Of a DNA stretch of 64,000 nt, positions 1 through 13,734 are shown one piece after another. Source of the DNA: Kudoa neothunni (taxonomy: Eukaryota > Animalia > Cnidaria). The DNA lies in NCBI GenBank assembly GCA_964304625.1, contig OZ199840.1, positions 6,140,776 through 6,204,775 of the forward strand, read 5' to 3'. The number at the start of each line of letters is the position of its first letter. The first letter of the stretch is position 1. Made by a program: the position numbers and the translations under genes. A model generated the notes under the pieces. The model was not told the origin of the DNA and made no database searches. It was given only the letters and a program-made list of their open reading frames with translations.

Positions 1-1384
1 AAAAAGTTAAACTTCTTAAAAAATCATTTCTACCCTAAATGGAGTTCTCGATAGACGCCATCAAATTTGAAAGTTTACGAGAATATTATGCTTCCTATGA
101 ATACAAATTCAACAGAAAAGGGCACGACGAAGACACTGACTAACGTATTTACGAATGGTTTTATTGGATACGATCCGAAAATATAGAAATATCAGCCTTT
201 GATTTGATTAAACACGAAACAAAACTGGATTGTTTGTGAATAATTCGTTTAAAAATATGACGTGCGACTAATTTATAGGATCCAAAGAAGTATTAATTCA
301 AAAGCGTGTGTTTTCATGGAAAGGCTAAGTATGTACCTACAAATATTATTAAAGACTGTAACTGAAAGCTTTCGGAAATAATAAAAGGCCAAGTTGCAGA
401 TAAAATTATTAACGATTCAAATTTAAATTCTACAAAAGAGAATTACAATGAGCAAGAGTCTCACATACCATTTGGTGAGAATGAAGTAACTATCCACCCT
501 TAAACAATTGTAGATGAAAATGCTGCAGTAGTAAAACTACAAGAGCAATGTGAACAAAAAGTTACAATAGCCGATGTTTTAAAAACGTTACAAAAATTAA
601 CAATGATTTTTAAAACCTCATGAATATGTAGAATTAATGAAATTTTAATTTGGATGTAACAGATTTATTAAAAAATAAAACAGAATATTATAAAACACGC
701 TTTTAAAAATTGATTTTATCCCCAACGCATACCTAAAAATTACGACTTTAAGATGATAAGTACTGTCTAATTTGTAATTTTTTAAGTCCCGAATGTATTA
801 CGAAATGGTGGTTACCCCTCGTATTTAAAAAGAAAGTGGTTATTGACACTTTCAATAATATTCGGGGTCCACCAGTTTCATTAAAATTAATTATTTCTCG
901 CCTATAAGAACAGAATGGTGTTTAAAAAATAATTAAATATAGCATATGCTAAAGAATTCAATCAATAAACAGTCTTTGAGAATGGATTTTTGGGTATTAA
1001 AATTTACTATGCGCATAATCTCTTCGCCCCAAAATGCATAAAAAATCAATTACCGCAATTTCAGAAGATTTTAAAGTATATAATAATTTTAGCACTTTAA
1101 ACTTCAACATTGTGCATCATTAAAACTTTTGAATGGAATTTTTGAGACGATACGTTCGTTTAAAACAATTACATTAAGATTTTCGAGGTTAGCGCGAAAA
1201 ATCGACTACTTATTGTATACCCAAAAGGACTACAAACATGGGATTTAATTTATTCGAAATAACAGTCATCCCATAAATAAATTGGATGCAAGTTCGACCG
1301 TGATTAATATTCTAGTAGCTTAGATAATTTAGCTCAAAATTTATTCATTACAGCAGCCACCAACATATATACACATATACATGG

Positions 1385-3322
1385 CTAACTAGGCAACAAA
1401 ACAGAAATATTACATGAGTTGGAGGCTGAGGAAATGGCGGGTGGAGTAGCAGTCAACTCAACAGATGCCAAAATAGGAGGGTTATCTAAAATCGACATTA
1501 CTCATTAAATAAGGAGTTCATTGAAACAGCGTATTTATAAACAGATTAAAAATTACTTAACATGGACTCAGCTGTGGGTTTTGCGGAAATTGGATCAGCG
1601 TGTGATTTCGAAAACGATTTTCTATTATCAGCGTTGGTTGTGGCGGATTTGTTATTAGATCGATCGGATCGAGCTTCTTCTAGTCTTGTTTTTCGATGCG
1701 ACTTTTCAACCAAATCACTACCAGATGTGTTGGATGTTTCGATTATTGAAGACTTGTTTTTGTAGGATAATTTTCCGTTTGTCGATTCTGAAGTTCTATT
1801 TGAAGACCCAAACGAATAGTTGTCAAGATTATTTGATTTTCTAGAATGATGATCTCGATTTTTGTCATTACTCTCATTCAAAGTAGTTGAAAAGTGTTCA
1901 GACTGTTCTCTAGTGGCGCTATTTTTCCACGTACTTGTATCCAAATGATGGTGTTGTTGAAAGAGATTAGCAGCCTCATATTTTGGGTCGGCGAAATCAA
2001 CCTAAAAAAGTGATACCACATTCACCAACACAATCCATATCAACACCATCAGGACATCAATACACCAAGAGATAGCTTGATTTAGGTGAAACAAAAATAT
2101 TTACCTGAACAGGATAACGATGGCCATTCAAACGCAAACCCCTTAGATTTTTTACAACTTTCAACGCATCATGCACATCTTTAAAAACAAAATATATATA
2201 GGTTTGATCTTTGCCCAGCAAACAATCCAAATATTCGGAGTATTTTTTCACTTCGAAACAGATCTCATCCACATCAATCTGGCGAGTGTAATCACCAATC
2301 CAAACCAAACTGGTTTGAAATATAGATCCATAACCTACAGCCATACGATTCCCCGAGACAATTGTACCGGTTAGTCGGTTTTTGGCCTCAAGTGCATCTT
2401 TCAAGTGGAGAAACTTCACAAATCCGTATGAGGCAAAACGACCTTGCCTTTTCACAACAATATCCAATATTTCACCGTACTCGGAGAAAACTCTTTTCAC
2501 TTTAACAGCATCAACATTTTTATCCAAATTTCCAAAGTAGAGTGTTCGTGTTGGAGTTTTATCATCGTAACGTTGAAAATTTTTAGATCTTTTATCTACC
2601 CAATCATTTGTCGTATAACGATCATCAATATCAATATCGTGATTGTCGTTGTTGTTTTTTGAATATTTTCGATGGCCATTTTCATCTCGCTTACTGCGTG
2701 TAGTTGTATTTGGGTGCTCGAAATCACTACCGCTATTTAGCTGTAGCTGGTTATCATTATTATCGGTTTTGGTTTTCTTAAACTCAGATCTTTCAATCTC
2801 ATACACATTGTTTTCATCTATGATGGCAGTATCGGTAACAGTGGTAGTGGTATCATTGGTTGACTTCATCTTTATTCTCTGGTTGTACTCTAAAAAATGT
2901 TTATCAGATTCACTCTAAAAAGATTAAAATTAACTACTTCTCTTCTTCGACGATCTCGCATCGTTACGATCTTGATTCTGTTTGCCAGATAAAAACTTAA
3001 AATTTAAAACGTTCCCAAAAATAGATATGGTTTCCTTTTGTGTGATTAAGTAATGTCTGAAGTCGTTAAAATCGTGAATATCATCAAATTCAATAACCAC
3101 CCATCTGTATTGTTTTCCGTTGTCATCGGTGGCAATTTTGATGGTCATTTTTATCATTCCAAACCTTTCTATCTCCGGCGCAAGCACTTTTATTATTTCA
3201 TCGTCAGTTTTATTGATTTCTATGATAGACGCTTTTACTCTACATTGATTGCTTGTCTCGTTCTGCAAATACGAATCACCGGAATGATCTTCAGGAGTGG
3301 CAGGCGGCATTGGTTGTCTCAT
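1385..3322 (-). CDS. Spen/RBM15 (spenito)-family RNA-binding protein, 3 RRMs, about 576 aa, 4 exons
   Basis: ORFs 2930-3322, 2057-2869 and 1546-1944 join in frame through introns 2890-2937, 2002-2104 and 1501-1556 (spliced length 1731 nt). DDKTPTRTLYFGNLD...YGFVKF...VGYG...LVWIG...PVQVDFAD matches the RBM15/SPEN RRM2-RRM3 pattern. The last exon needs a GAG acceptor and is less certain. Confidence 0.75.
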
Positions 3323-6252
3323 TGTTGTACGTCACGCTTGCGCAAAATATTGGAAAGGATTAAGTATCATTCTTATATACGACTCTGCAGTGTAACAATT
3401 CAGATTCTAATGCCGACCATATAACGAACACAATGGAATTGTTTCGCTTATTCAATGCGCCGTGTGATTTGATAAAACGTGGTTTTGAAGTTAGACGTTG
3501 ATTTTATTAGCTATAGAATTATTTAAATCCCTTTTCAGTTTTATTCCCTTTTACAGTAATAAATATGGGGAAAATATTTTCAAGCCTAATAATGTTCCCC
3601 TGTAATTATAAGGTGGTTTTTTTATGTGGCGTGGCTTTTTGCATGGTAGATAATATTCAGGTGTCACTAGTTTTGGCCATATTTAATTAGCACATGCGCC
3701 TGGATTTTGCTATTGGTCCGAATACGTTAATTGGGTCATCCCTATGATTTTATTTCACTTAAAGAAATATTAAAATTGTGTATTTAAACTGAGTATCATG
3801 AATGGAATTATTTTTAAATGGGTATCAAATCTATAAGATTCATTTATGTTGCATAATATATCGGAAAAGACATGGAATTATTTATTCTTAATAGAAACCA
3901 AATGCATGCAAAAGAATAAAACATATCTTTAGTATGTATTTTTAAAAGCTTATGTTTATGTCCAATAAATCGGTATAAAACATTGTAGAATATAATTATT
4001 GATATTTCATGAACACCGTACGTTGGAGTTGTATTTAATCTTCGAGATATGAAGGGGGTATTATGAACCAAAAATTATGAGAAATACTTTATTATTTTAT
4101 ATTTGTATTGCATTTGCAGCGGGAATTGTATATCGTAATTCCGCATAGATTATTTTCAGGAATATGAGAAAATTTAACAACGATAATTAGCTTGGCGGTC
4201 ATGTATCGTTTAAAAGAAGAAAATCGAATGAGATTGTAGGTAAGTTTATATTTTTGATTAATTATCTAAATTTTCAGTACTTATGTTGGATTAACGCTAA
4301 TGCTTTGGCATTTAAGATGACTCCGTTCAAGACATATGTCACAACCAATTACTGAATAACCATTTGACAAATTTATTTTACAAATATTTCGCCTATATCC
4401 AGCATCCGATTTTTTTTATTTTTCTTAAAATTGAATAGAACATCTTTGCTAAAACAATTGGAATCTTATCTAATGGAATTCTCGGATCAAATATCCCATC
4501 GTTTATGTTGTCCAACAAAACTTCCACGCCTTTTCACTCAATTATAACCTTTCGATTCAAACCTTAACTGCGAGATCTTTACTAACAAACCAAATAGAAA
4601 TTTCGTAAAAAATTATTATTCCTGTTAATAATAGAGTTACTTAAATTTTTGTTCCTCTATTAAATTAAAACCCGATTTGGTGTCAATAAGGTGATTTTTA
4701 TGTTCCTATTACTGTGGTAGATGAGCCCCTGGGGAAACATTTGTGTTCAATTCTAGTAGGAAGAACTAACTCTGAAACAAATAAAAAACAATAAATATCT
4801 TATGTTAAACCTGAAATCTGCTTATTTATATTGATGTTAAAATTCAATTTCTGAAATATTGTTATTCTCAACAACGTTAACCTAAACATTCTCTCAACTT
4901 GCACTAATGTCCATTACGCAAAGGCATTGGCTATTATCACGCTAGCGTATAACCCCATGCCGGGGCCGTCTATTGCCACGAAAACGAATTTCTCCATAAC
5001 CACACAATAATATACAGTTCTGTTTTCATATTTGTAATGAGAGCTTTTTTCATATGAAAATGCATTCGCTAAATTTTTGGCCTATGCAGCATATAGCCGC
5101 TTATCTTTCACACTTGTTGTCACAGTTACTTAATTTTTATAAAATATTAGATGATAAAATTGTTTACTTAAAAAGTTGAAAAAATAACCAACAGATATCT
5201 TAAACACAACATCGAATTTGTATGTCATAAATAGGGATCACATAATCATTGATTGAACTTCGAGTATCTTTGAATTTTATGATAAATAGAAAATAATATG
5301 CAAGAATAATTGACAACACACGAATAAACTTAATTATAGTTCAAATATGTAGCTCATTGATTTTTTTCTTTTCTTCCCGATTGCAGTCATTCCAAAATCC
5401 CTTAGTCTTCATACTGTTTTAGGCTTTTTAGGAAGTGAAAAATCTGCAAAAAATGTAGGAAGATACACTGAAACTAAAACCTTAGAATTCCAGAAGATTT
5501 GGTTGATTTTATATCTATCTATCTATCTATCTATATCTATTCTACTACAGTGGGTGACGTGTAGTTCGTAATTTGAGGAAATATTACAATTAACATACAC
5601 AGAAGATTATAATAAGTTATTTATTCCTCGAACTATCTAAAAACATTTATTTGACCATTATTATTATAAATATAAATAAAATATGTTAAAATCAATTAAT
5701 TAGGTTTTTTCTGGATTATTTTGTAGTGACGTGTGGTTCGTAACATTTTCAGGTGCGTTGAGATCTCTGTTTTCGATCGATGATTAAATGGAAGGAGGAA
5801 ATAAAAACTGAGTTAGGACTTTAAAAGAGAAATATAAAATAATGAAGTTTTTCCAAAACCAGCGAAGGCGTGGAGTGCAAACAATTTTGAAAATGACGCC
5901 AATATTACTGATTTTATAAGTGAAGGTAACTTGTAACAGAGATGACAAATTTCTTAAATTTGACGACATAAGACGAAGAATTATTCCATTCAAAATTGTC
6001 ATCTCTCTCATTTGTCTGATTTAAGACATTGCTTGAAATATCATGGTTTAATAATAATAATAAAACATCAAGCGGATATTGAACGAGACGTACACAATGT
6101 AATTGTCAGAAACCTTAAAATTATTACTATAACTGAGAAATTAACCCCAACATAAATTATCTTTATAGTTGATTCATACCATTGTATCCTCCTTAGTACC
6201 GCGCGCGCTATCTTAGCAATTACGAACGATTGGTCGCTCATTATATTCACTA

Positions 6253-7394
6253 TCTACTATATATATGTATATATATATATAAAGCTGAAGTGTTCGTGTG
6301 TGTGTGTGTCAGCGAGTACGCATATGCATCCCAATTTTTTCCTTATAGAGATATATTTATGAAATTTTTTAAAAATCACATCGTTTCGAAATATCTTTAA
6401 ATCATTTTCACGCCACCAAATGTTCCAAGAAATGTTTAGAAAATGGTGATTTTGTCGATTCAAAGTTTGTTTAACGGATTACTTGAGTTCAATACTAGGA
6501 TTAACACTGCTTATGACCTGCTGATAGTCGGTTGAAGTTAATTTTTCACCTTTATATACTCTGTCAAATTTAAATTACGCGATATCATCTGACTTTTTAT
6601 ATAATGTTGGCGTGTATATTTTGGTGTTTGTGGAAATACACTCCTAATTTGTGGCGTTTTAACGTATTTGACATGATATACACATTTTGAAGGTTCTAAT
6701 AATGGTTTTAGATATAATAAAAAATCTATATACGTTTCATGAATAAAGAATTTGTGGAGAAAGTTAAAATTACATTGATTGAAGCGTTATAATGGAAAAA
6801 CTGTGTCCATAGGTTTCATTGAAATCATCCGCTAAGTTTAACTTTCCGTGATTAAATTCAGTGCAGATGGATGTATTTTTATTTTACCAAATTATTTAAA
6901 TTGTTTATGTTAAAGTCGACGCGATTTGTGGCTGTTTATGAGAAAAAGCGCATTAATGGCTATGCCGGCCAAAGGATATTTATTTAGCAATAAAAATTAA
7001 TTTCTTATTTTTCCTTCTATCTCTATCTATTTTTTATCTCCAATGAATAGTTGTGAATGAACATTCTGAGCCGGACCAAAAAATAACGTTTTAGATAACA
7101 CTTTAACGGGATTTAAATCATTCGGAATGAAAAAAATACAACACTGACCTTAACTTATTTAGTGTTGGTGCCGAAACACGAAATTTTTAAATGAACTCTG
7201 GGATTGATATTTTCCTTCACAGAAATTATCATAATTTAAATTGCATAATCTAAATCGTTATAGTAAGTTACTTAAAAATTTTTAGCAATTTTTTTTCATA
7301 GGGTTAATTCGAGATTTCAATATATTTTTTGAATGCTATTAAAATACGCCTCTAGGCGAAATCTTCCCAAGCAACGCTGGGCAGTTCGCGCTAG
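6253..7394 (+). mobile_element. Non-autonomous Helitron-like element
   Basis: 5' end A|TCTACTATATA...TAAAGCTGAAG followed by (GT)n. 3' end has a hairpin CCCAAGCAACGCTGGG followed by CTAG|T. Inserted between A and T with no TSD. Confidence 0.6.
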
Positions 7395-8851
7395 TTTTAA
7401 ATAAAACACATAAATCGAGATTAAGTTGTTTCCTTGTTGAAATAATTTGGGTTTCAACACGCATTCTAAAAACGATGTAAGATGCGTGTAGAGTTTTCAA
7501 ATGATTAAATTTTTGTGATAACTTCTTAAATGAAAATTTCTTTTTATCAAATATACCGATTGACATTGAAACTATATTCGTCGTTTCGATAAGTTTTTAC
7601 TCATTTTTTGGTTTTCCTAAGCTTTCTTGCAAAACAGCTGGCATAACTAATTCGATAATTTTCTATATTTGATGAGAGAATTTTTTAAATAATGTTTAAG
7701 TTCTTAATAACCTAATTATTCCTTATCCCTAGACCTTAGGGTTAATATTCAAATCAATGTATAATTTTCCTTTTGCTAAAAATAATTCATTATGATATAA
7801 AAGTTGCATGGAAATATGCGACACTGCATTCTATACGTAATTTAAGAATTTATATTCACGATTAATTTTCCACAAAATACAGCCCCCTCTCAATACGTAC
7901 CATGTAAATTAATGAGAAATTTTTTTCGTGCAATCAAACAGTACGTTTATTTTTAAAAGGGTGCACTCCTTCGAGAAACTCGGTTGATATTTAAGCATTG
8001 TTGTAATTGTTCAACCACAAAATACCATTACATTTTTGATATAATCTTATTTTGTTAATTAAATTTGTATATTTTTGAACTAATAAGTATTCTTGATAAA
8101 AAGCAAGGTTGGATTTGTTTATAAATGGGGGAATTTTGTTACAATAGTGAATACGTAAGTTACCATTCACAGATTATTCAAACCTAATTTATATCCTTTA
8201 TAAAATTGCAAAAATGGAGTAACAATTAATATTTTTATTGCTGACGCACCTTAGGTCGATTTTATTTTTTTATCGTTTGTAGACTAATAATAAATTTTAT
8301 AATTAGAAGGATTACTTTTTATCACTAAATTTTGAAAATAACCGAAAGTCCTATTTAAGTTACTTGATGACATTGTTCAGTGAATAAATGAACTCTAATC
8401 GTTACTTACATTTCTCATAAAATTAAGGTCATTATATTTTTGGTCAATAATTCGTAAAATAAACTTAAAAATACTCATTAATTTCTCTCAATACCTCTAT
8501 TTATATTTGAATGGAAAGTGTGCGCATAATTTGGTGTATCTAAATCACCACACTGAAAAAATAATGTCAAGTTATAAAATTCATAAGTAAAAATGGGGAA
8601 ATAAAATTTACAGAGTTTAACATGCTAATTAAATTAAATCTCCCGTAGAACTTGTCCATCCAAAAATAAAAAAGTTAAAATTTTCCACCATATAATGCTA
8701 AGCAAAACTGGGCATTAACGCTAGTAAATATATATACGTGAAATAATATGTAAAAGTAACTTTAGTTTAGCAGTTAATAAAGTTAAAAATTTTGTAACAG
8801 GCTTAGTATTAATAGTTGCATGAACTGTCCCGTATGGTCGTTATTGGACAG

Positions 8852-10378
8852 TTACTCCTCCTTCTCTTCCTCTTCATCCTCCTCCTCAATGTGACTGTCT
8901 GGAAGCACTTCTTCTTGATCTTCAGTTATCGGAGCAGCAGCAACATCAGCAGTTTGTGAGTCAGGTGAGGTGTCGGAAGAGGTTGGGGCAGATTCTTCGT
9001 TACTTTCAGGAGCTGTAATAGGAGTTTCGGTTGTAGTTGTTGAGGTAGTTGTTGGTTGGGGTAAATTAACTTCATTTAAACCTTCAATGCAAATGTAATT
9101 GCAAAGAGCTTCACTTTCAAAGTTGTTCGCATTTCCTCCAATTCCAGTAAATGCAAATCTTTTACACACCTTTTCTGTGGCATCATAATGCCATCTTGGC
9201 AATGTGCTTGCTTCATTTCCATTACCAGATTCTTTTGGTTCGCTACATACGGATGGGATATCGGGCAAGCTGGCTTCTGTTAAGACCTCGTTAACTTTAA
9301 ACATTAAATTATATAATTACAAACATTAAAATAAATATACGAGCAGGGCAGGCACTTATACATTCTCCAGCCGTATCGAAATAATTTTTGGTTGAATCTA
9401 CTTCAACATCAACAGCCAACATTTGCATACACAACCGTTTTGTAGAACTATAGTAATATTTGGTTGTTATATGCCCCTCGGTTGCTGGTTGATATGCAGC
9501 AGAATCGCATCTTTTTATTGCTGCGCCATCAACTAAATTCACTTATTAATCTTATTAAATTAATTTATTGTACTACTGTGACACTTTTCTTGGCATTGAG
9601 AAAATGACTCGAAGACACCGCGTGATACAGTTTTGTCTACGATCGCATGAACACAAGTGGACTTTTGACTGTCACGTACGATCTTGATTTCTCTTTCAGC
9701 ATTAGCTTCAGTGGAGCTTAAAATGGCCCCCACTTCGCAGTCAACTTTGTTGGGTATTTTGTGAGGTTCATTAGTTGCTATTTATAATTTTAACGCAGTA
9801 AACATGAAGAAGAAATTACTTATGCACATATCCTTGCATGCACCTTCACTTGGAAACGACTGTTTAGGTTCATTACATCCCTTATAATTATATTTTTCAC
9901 ATGTTCCATCATCATTAGTGGGCTTTTTGAAATAATATCTATCAATTGCAGCTTTACCACAGACGTTGAAGCTGGTTTCTCCATTACTAGTAAGGGCATT
10001 CGCAGAGTCGCTGTTAACTGCGCAAGCATCAAGGCGACTCGCATAGTCAAATTTAACTAAATTATTATAGAAATAGATTAAAAAATATGAGCGTACATTC
10101 TTTGTTGCATTCTTCTAAAGACCCGAAATTATTGAAGTTAGTCCCACCAGCTCCTTTGTACTCAAATTTTTTACACGTAGCTGTCGTTTTATCAAGATAA
10201 TATCGTATTGGATATGATCTTAATGGAATTCTATAATTTCTTTCACTACTAAACTCATATTTTTCATCTACTAAAATTAATGATAATGAAGTTTTTAGAA
10301 GGATGAATAACCAGCGAGATAAGAAATAGATACGAAGGCAGAAATAATATAGATGAAGTCTGATAAGTAAAACTTCAT
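8852..10378 (-). CDS. Secreted multi-Kunitz (BPTI-fold) protein, 5 domains, with a Thr/Ser/Pro-rich and acidic tail, 440 aa
   Basis: Signal-peptide exon MKFYLSDFIYIISAFVSISYLA. Phase-1 introns at 10271-10311, 10057-10096, 9778-9819, 9542-9576 and 9295-9340 give 1323 nt in frame. Kunitz motifs include RYYLDKTTATCKKFEYKGAGGTNFNNFGSLEEC and RWHYDATEKVCKRFAFTGIGGNANNFESEALCNYIC. Confidence 0.85.
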
Positions 10379-10748
10379 TTTCGTGTTAATAGACCCTATA
10401 AATAGAAAAGATAGATTACAGATGTATTAGATGATTCGTGAATAATTTTCTTCATTATTTGGTTCTTAATCGGGTTCGCACTATTATTATCAATGAATCG
10501 TGTATACTTTTTGTTGTTAAAAACAATAATAAGATTGAAATTTTTCCAGTATTAGTTTAGACTTAAAAAATCCTCCATGATACACTAAAATAATTTTCTA
10601 TATTATTCCAAATTAAAATTATATAGATAATCCATTAAATGTAACGTTTTGAGGTCGACAATTCTGAATTAATGTGTAGTATAAAATAAAATTATGTGAA
10701 CTACTCAAGCATGATGGATCGCTTGGTATTTATGGAAGTTCATTTGAA

Positions 10749-11830
10749 CCCTTTGATGCCTATTGTGCGGTATACTGAACATTAACTTCTTCTTCGTCTA
10801 AAATGAACATTTAACTATTGCTTCGCATTCGCTACAAACATATAATTTTAACTCAAATAGATGTATAAAAATCGTCAATGTTATATTATTTAAGAAATTT
10901 TATACGTAGTGGATTGCACGAACAATGTTCAATTCTCCATACCACGTTCGTGCTTAAAGTAATGTATTAATTTGGAAATCAAATTACACAATTTTTTTGA
11001 AACAAAATTTTTACAATTACAATATGTTGTTGCTAATTAAATTTGCCTAGTTAAATTTTAAGAAATTAATTATTATCTTAAATAATACAATTTTAAATAT
11101 TGGCAGTAAACTGAACAACAAGAACACGTGGACTTATTTTTGGCGAATCGCAATTGATTACGGCATTTGTAACGATGGGGATAGAAATGGAAAAAGAACT
11201 TCGGAAATTATAGTGCTGTCTGATGTCAATATATCCGAACCAGGTACATATTCTGAAGACGATACAGCATTTACGTCATAAATAATGAATAAATTTTCTG
11301 ATGCCAAAAATATTCACCATCTGATGATTCAGACACTGAAATTGACATTGACCTTAAATGGAAAAAACAAGGTATCATTTCAAATTTACCAAAGGATTTG
11401 TGAAGTATAAACGATGAATTTGAAATGTTAGATCATTTAGTTCATCCTATTGATTATTTCAATCAATTTGTTGACGATGATTTGATCGAATTAATTGTAA
11501 ACGAATCAAATCGATACATCACACAAAATGAGTCGAATTTAAAGACAAACAGTTTAGAAATTAAAACTTATTTAGGAGTCATAATTTTAATGGGGATCGT
11601 ACAGATGCCTCGTTATTGATGCTATTGGTCCAAACATTTCAATTATTCACCAATTTCATGTATATATATATATATATATATATATATCTAGAGATAGATT
11701 TGAGAAAATGTCAAAATTAGACCTTTTTTGGAGCATTTGTGAAAAGAATTTTGAAAAATCATTCCAGAGAGTATAAATTCAATGGACGAACAGATGATTC
11801 CCTTCAAAGGTAAGTACAGGGAAAACAGTA
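10749..11830 (+). mobile_element. Truncated piggyBac (PGBD3-like), 5' half
   Basis: TGAA|CCCTTTG left end with a palindromic subterminal motif. Remnant reads HPIDYFNQFVDDDLIELIVNESNRY...GIVQMPRY...MDEQMIPFKGK. Contains a (TA)13 expansion at 11661-11686 and is cut by a pogo insertion. Confidence 0.7.
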
Positions 11831-11832
11831 TA

Positions 11833-13734
11833 CAGTCGTGCCTCGGTATTGCGTAGTAGCCCAATATCTCTTGTATTTGCTCTATTTTAGTTAAATTGGA
11901 AAATATATTAGATATATTAATGCTAATATTATAAAATTATTGTAAAAAAAAATTTTGTTAATAAAAAAAGCGTATATTATTCAATATTGCGAAGTAAAAT
12001 TGACAATGTCGAGAGTGCAGCGAGATATTGATGAGAAGATTAAAATTATTAGTTGTTTAATTCAATTAAAAATGTAAAAAATGACCGTAGAGACATTCGG
12101 ACTAAGTATTCAAATGTTTTAACTTTATATTCATAATAACGATAATTTCTGTTACCAATATTCAACTCTCAGTAGAATTCTGTCAATGGAACAAAAAATT
12201 ACTGATTCCAATGTTCCCAACAAGAGAAGGGGATAAACATGAAGATGTCGATATCGAAATTTATAATTGAATCGCGAATTCTAGAAATAATAAAAAACAA
12301 ATTTCTGGCGAAACTATAATAACACAAGCATTGCCAATCTTCAAAGAAAAGAATATCGACAATTTTAATGCGAGTAGAGGATAGCTGGCTTGCTTTAAAA
12401 ATAGATATGGACTTCGTTCCGTAAGACTCCACGGGGAAGCATCTAGTGCTGATTCTTCTTCAATATATGCTTGGAAGTTTGAGAATAAAGATATTCTGCA
12501 AGTTACGATCCAAAAAATATTATTTATTTTTGATGAGATTGCGCTTTTTTTACCAACAAATTAATAAGCGAACTTACGTATTTTAAAAGCAGAACAAGAT
12601 GTCCGAGGATCTAATGCTCAAGAAGCGTGTTACGGTTTTGGTTTCCGCGGCCTTAGATGGTTTAAAATTACCATTATTTGTAATTGGTAAATATCAGAAG
12701 CCTCGTTGTTTTAAAAATATATCCCATCTACCAATTGAATATTTTTGACAGAAAAACTCATGGATGAACGCCTCTATCTTTTTTAAAATTATGACAAAAT
12801 TTAACAATATGTTTGAAAAAGAGAATAGGAAAGTTTTGATCTTATTAGACCAATGTCCCTCCCATCCTAAAGACATGGACGGTCTAGAAAACATTAAATT
12901 TTTATTTTTTCCGAAGAATACTACATCAATATTACAGCCTTGTGATTTAGGAATGATTAACTCATTAAAAGCAACTATAAAAAAATTCTCCATTCGATTA
13001 GTGTATTGAATAATAATGAATTAATATTAAAAAACTATACTTTATTCGATTATTTAAAAAAGTTAAAAAATGCTTGGAATAATTTTTCGAAGGAAACAAT
13101 TATTAATTGTTTTAAAAAGTCAGGTGTTTTTGATTAAAATTATAAATATATGTTTAATAGCATCAACAACTATTCAAGAAATTCAAGAATATGATAACAT
13201 TAATGAAGGTATATTATCAAAAATTATTTTTCTAAAATTAACTAGACTCACTTGATGATGTATCATCTTCTCAAATTAACGAAAAAGTTCACGATGAAGC
13301 AAACTCCTCCCCCTTCATTAATAGCGACATAGATGATAAATCTGATAATGAAAAGGATGAAACAGACAATGCTATAAAAAAGGTCCCTACGAAGAAAATT
13401 AGAGAAGCAATACAAACTTTGAGGGAAACTTTTATCGCGGAAGAACCAGAAGGTTTATTCTACCTACACCCTGTAAGGGACCGACTGATCTCAATACTAA
13501 AAAAAAGAGAACTCCAAACTACCATAACGGACTTTTTTACAAAAAATAAAAAGAAACCTCATTTAACAATTAACTTATATTTTCATTTCTGGATTCTATG
13601 TTTAAAAAAACAGGTTGAATAATAAAAATACAATCACTCAATGCGCGTGCGTGAGCATCGGTATTTCGTACTAATTTTTTATTCCGTAGTAAAATTGAAT
13701 CCCCGATTTACTTCGCAATATTGAGGTTGGACTG
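11833..13734 (+). mobile_element. pogo/Tigger-family (DDE_1, CENP-B-like) transposon, degenerate
   Basis: TIRs CAGTCGTGCCTCGGTATTGCGTAGTA / TACTTCGCAATATTGAGGTTGGACTG with a TA target duplication on both sides. Motifs WLACFKNRY...LHGEASSAD, KRVTVLV, KVLILLDQCPSHP, FFPKNTTSILQPCDLG. Stops and frameshifts present. Confidence 0.85.

Noticed and set aside
1-830. Possible pogo/Tigger-like remnant (YDPK, TGLF, FHGKA-like fragments)
   Set aside because: Too degraded, with no paired TIRs in the window.
1562-3424. Plus-strand ORFs overlapping the RRM gene
   Set aside because: Antisense shadows of the real minus-strand exons.
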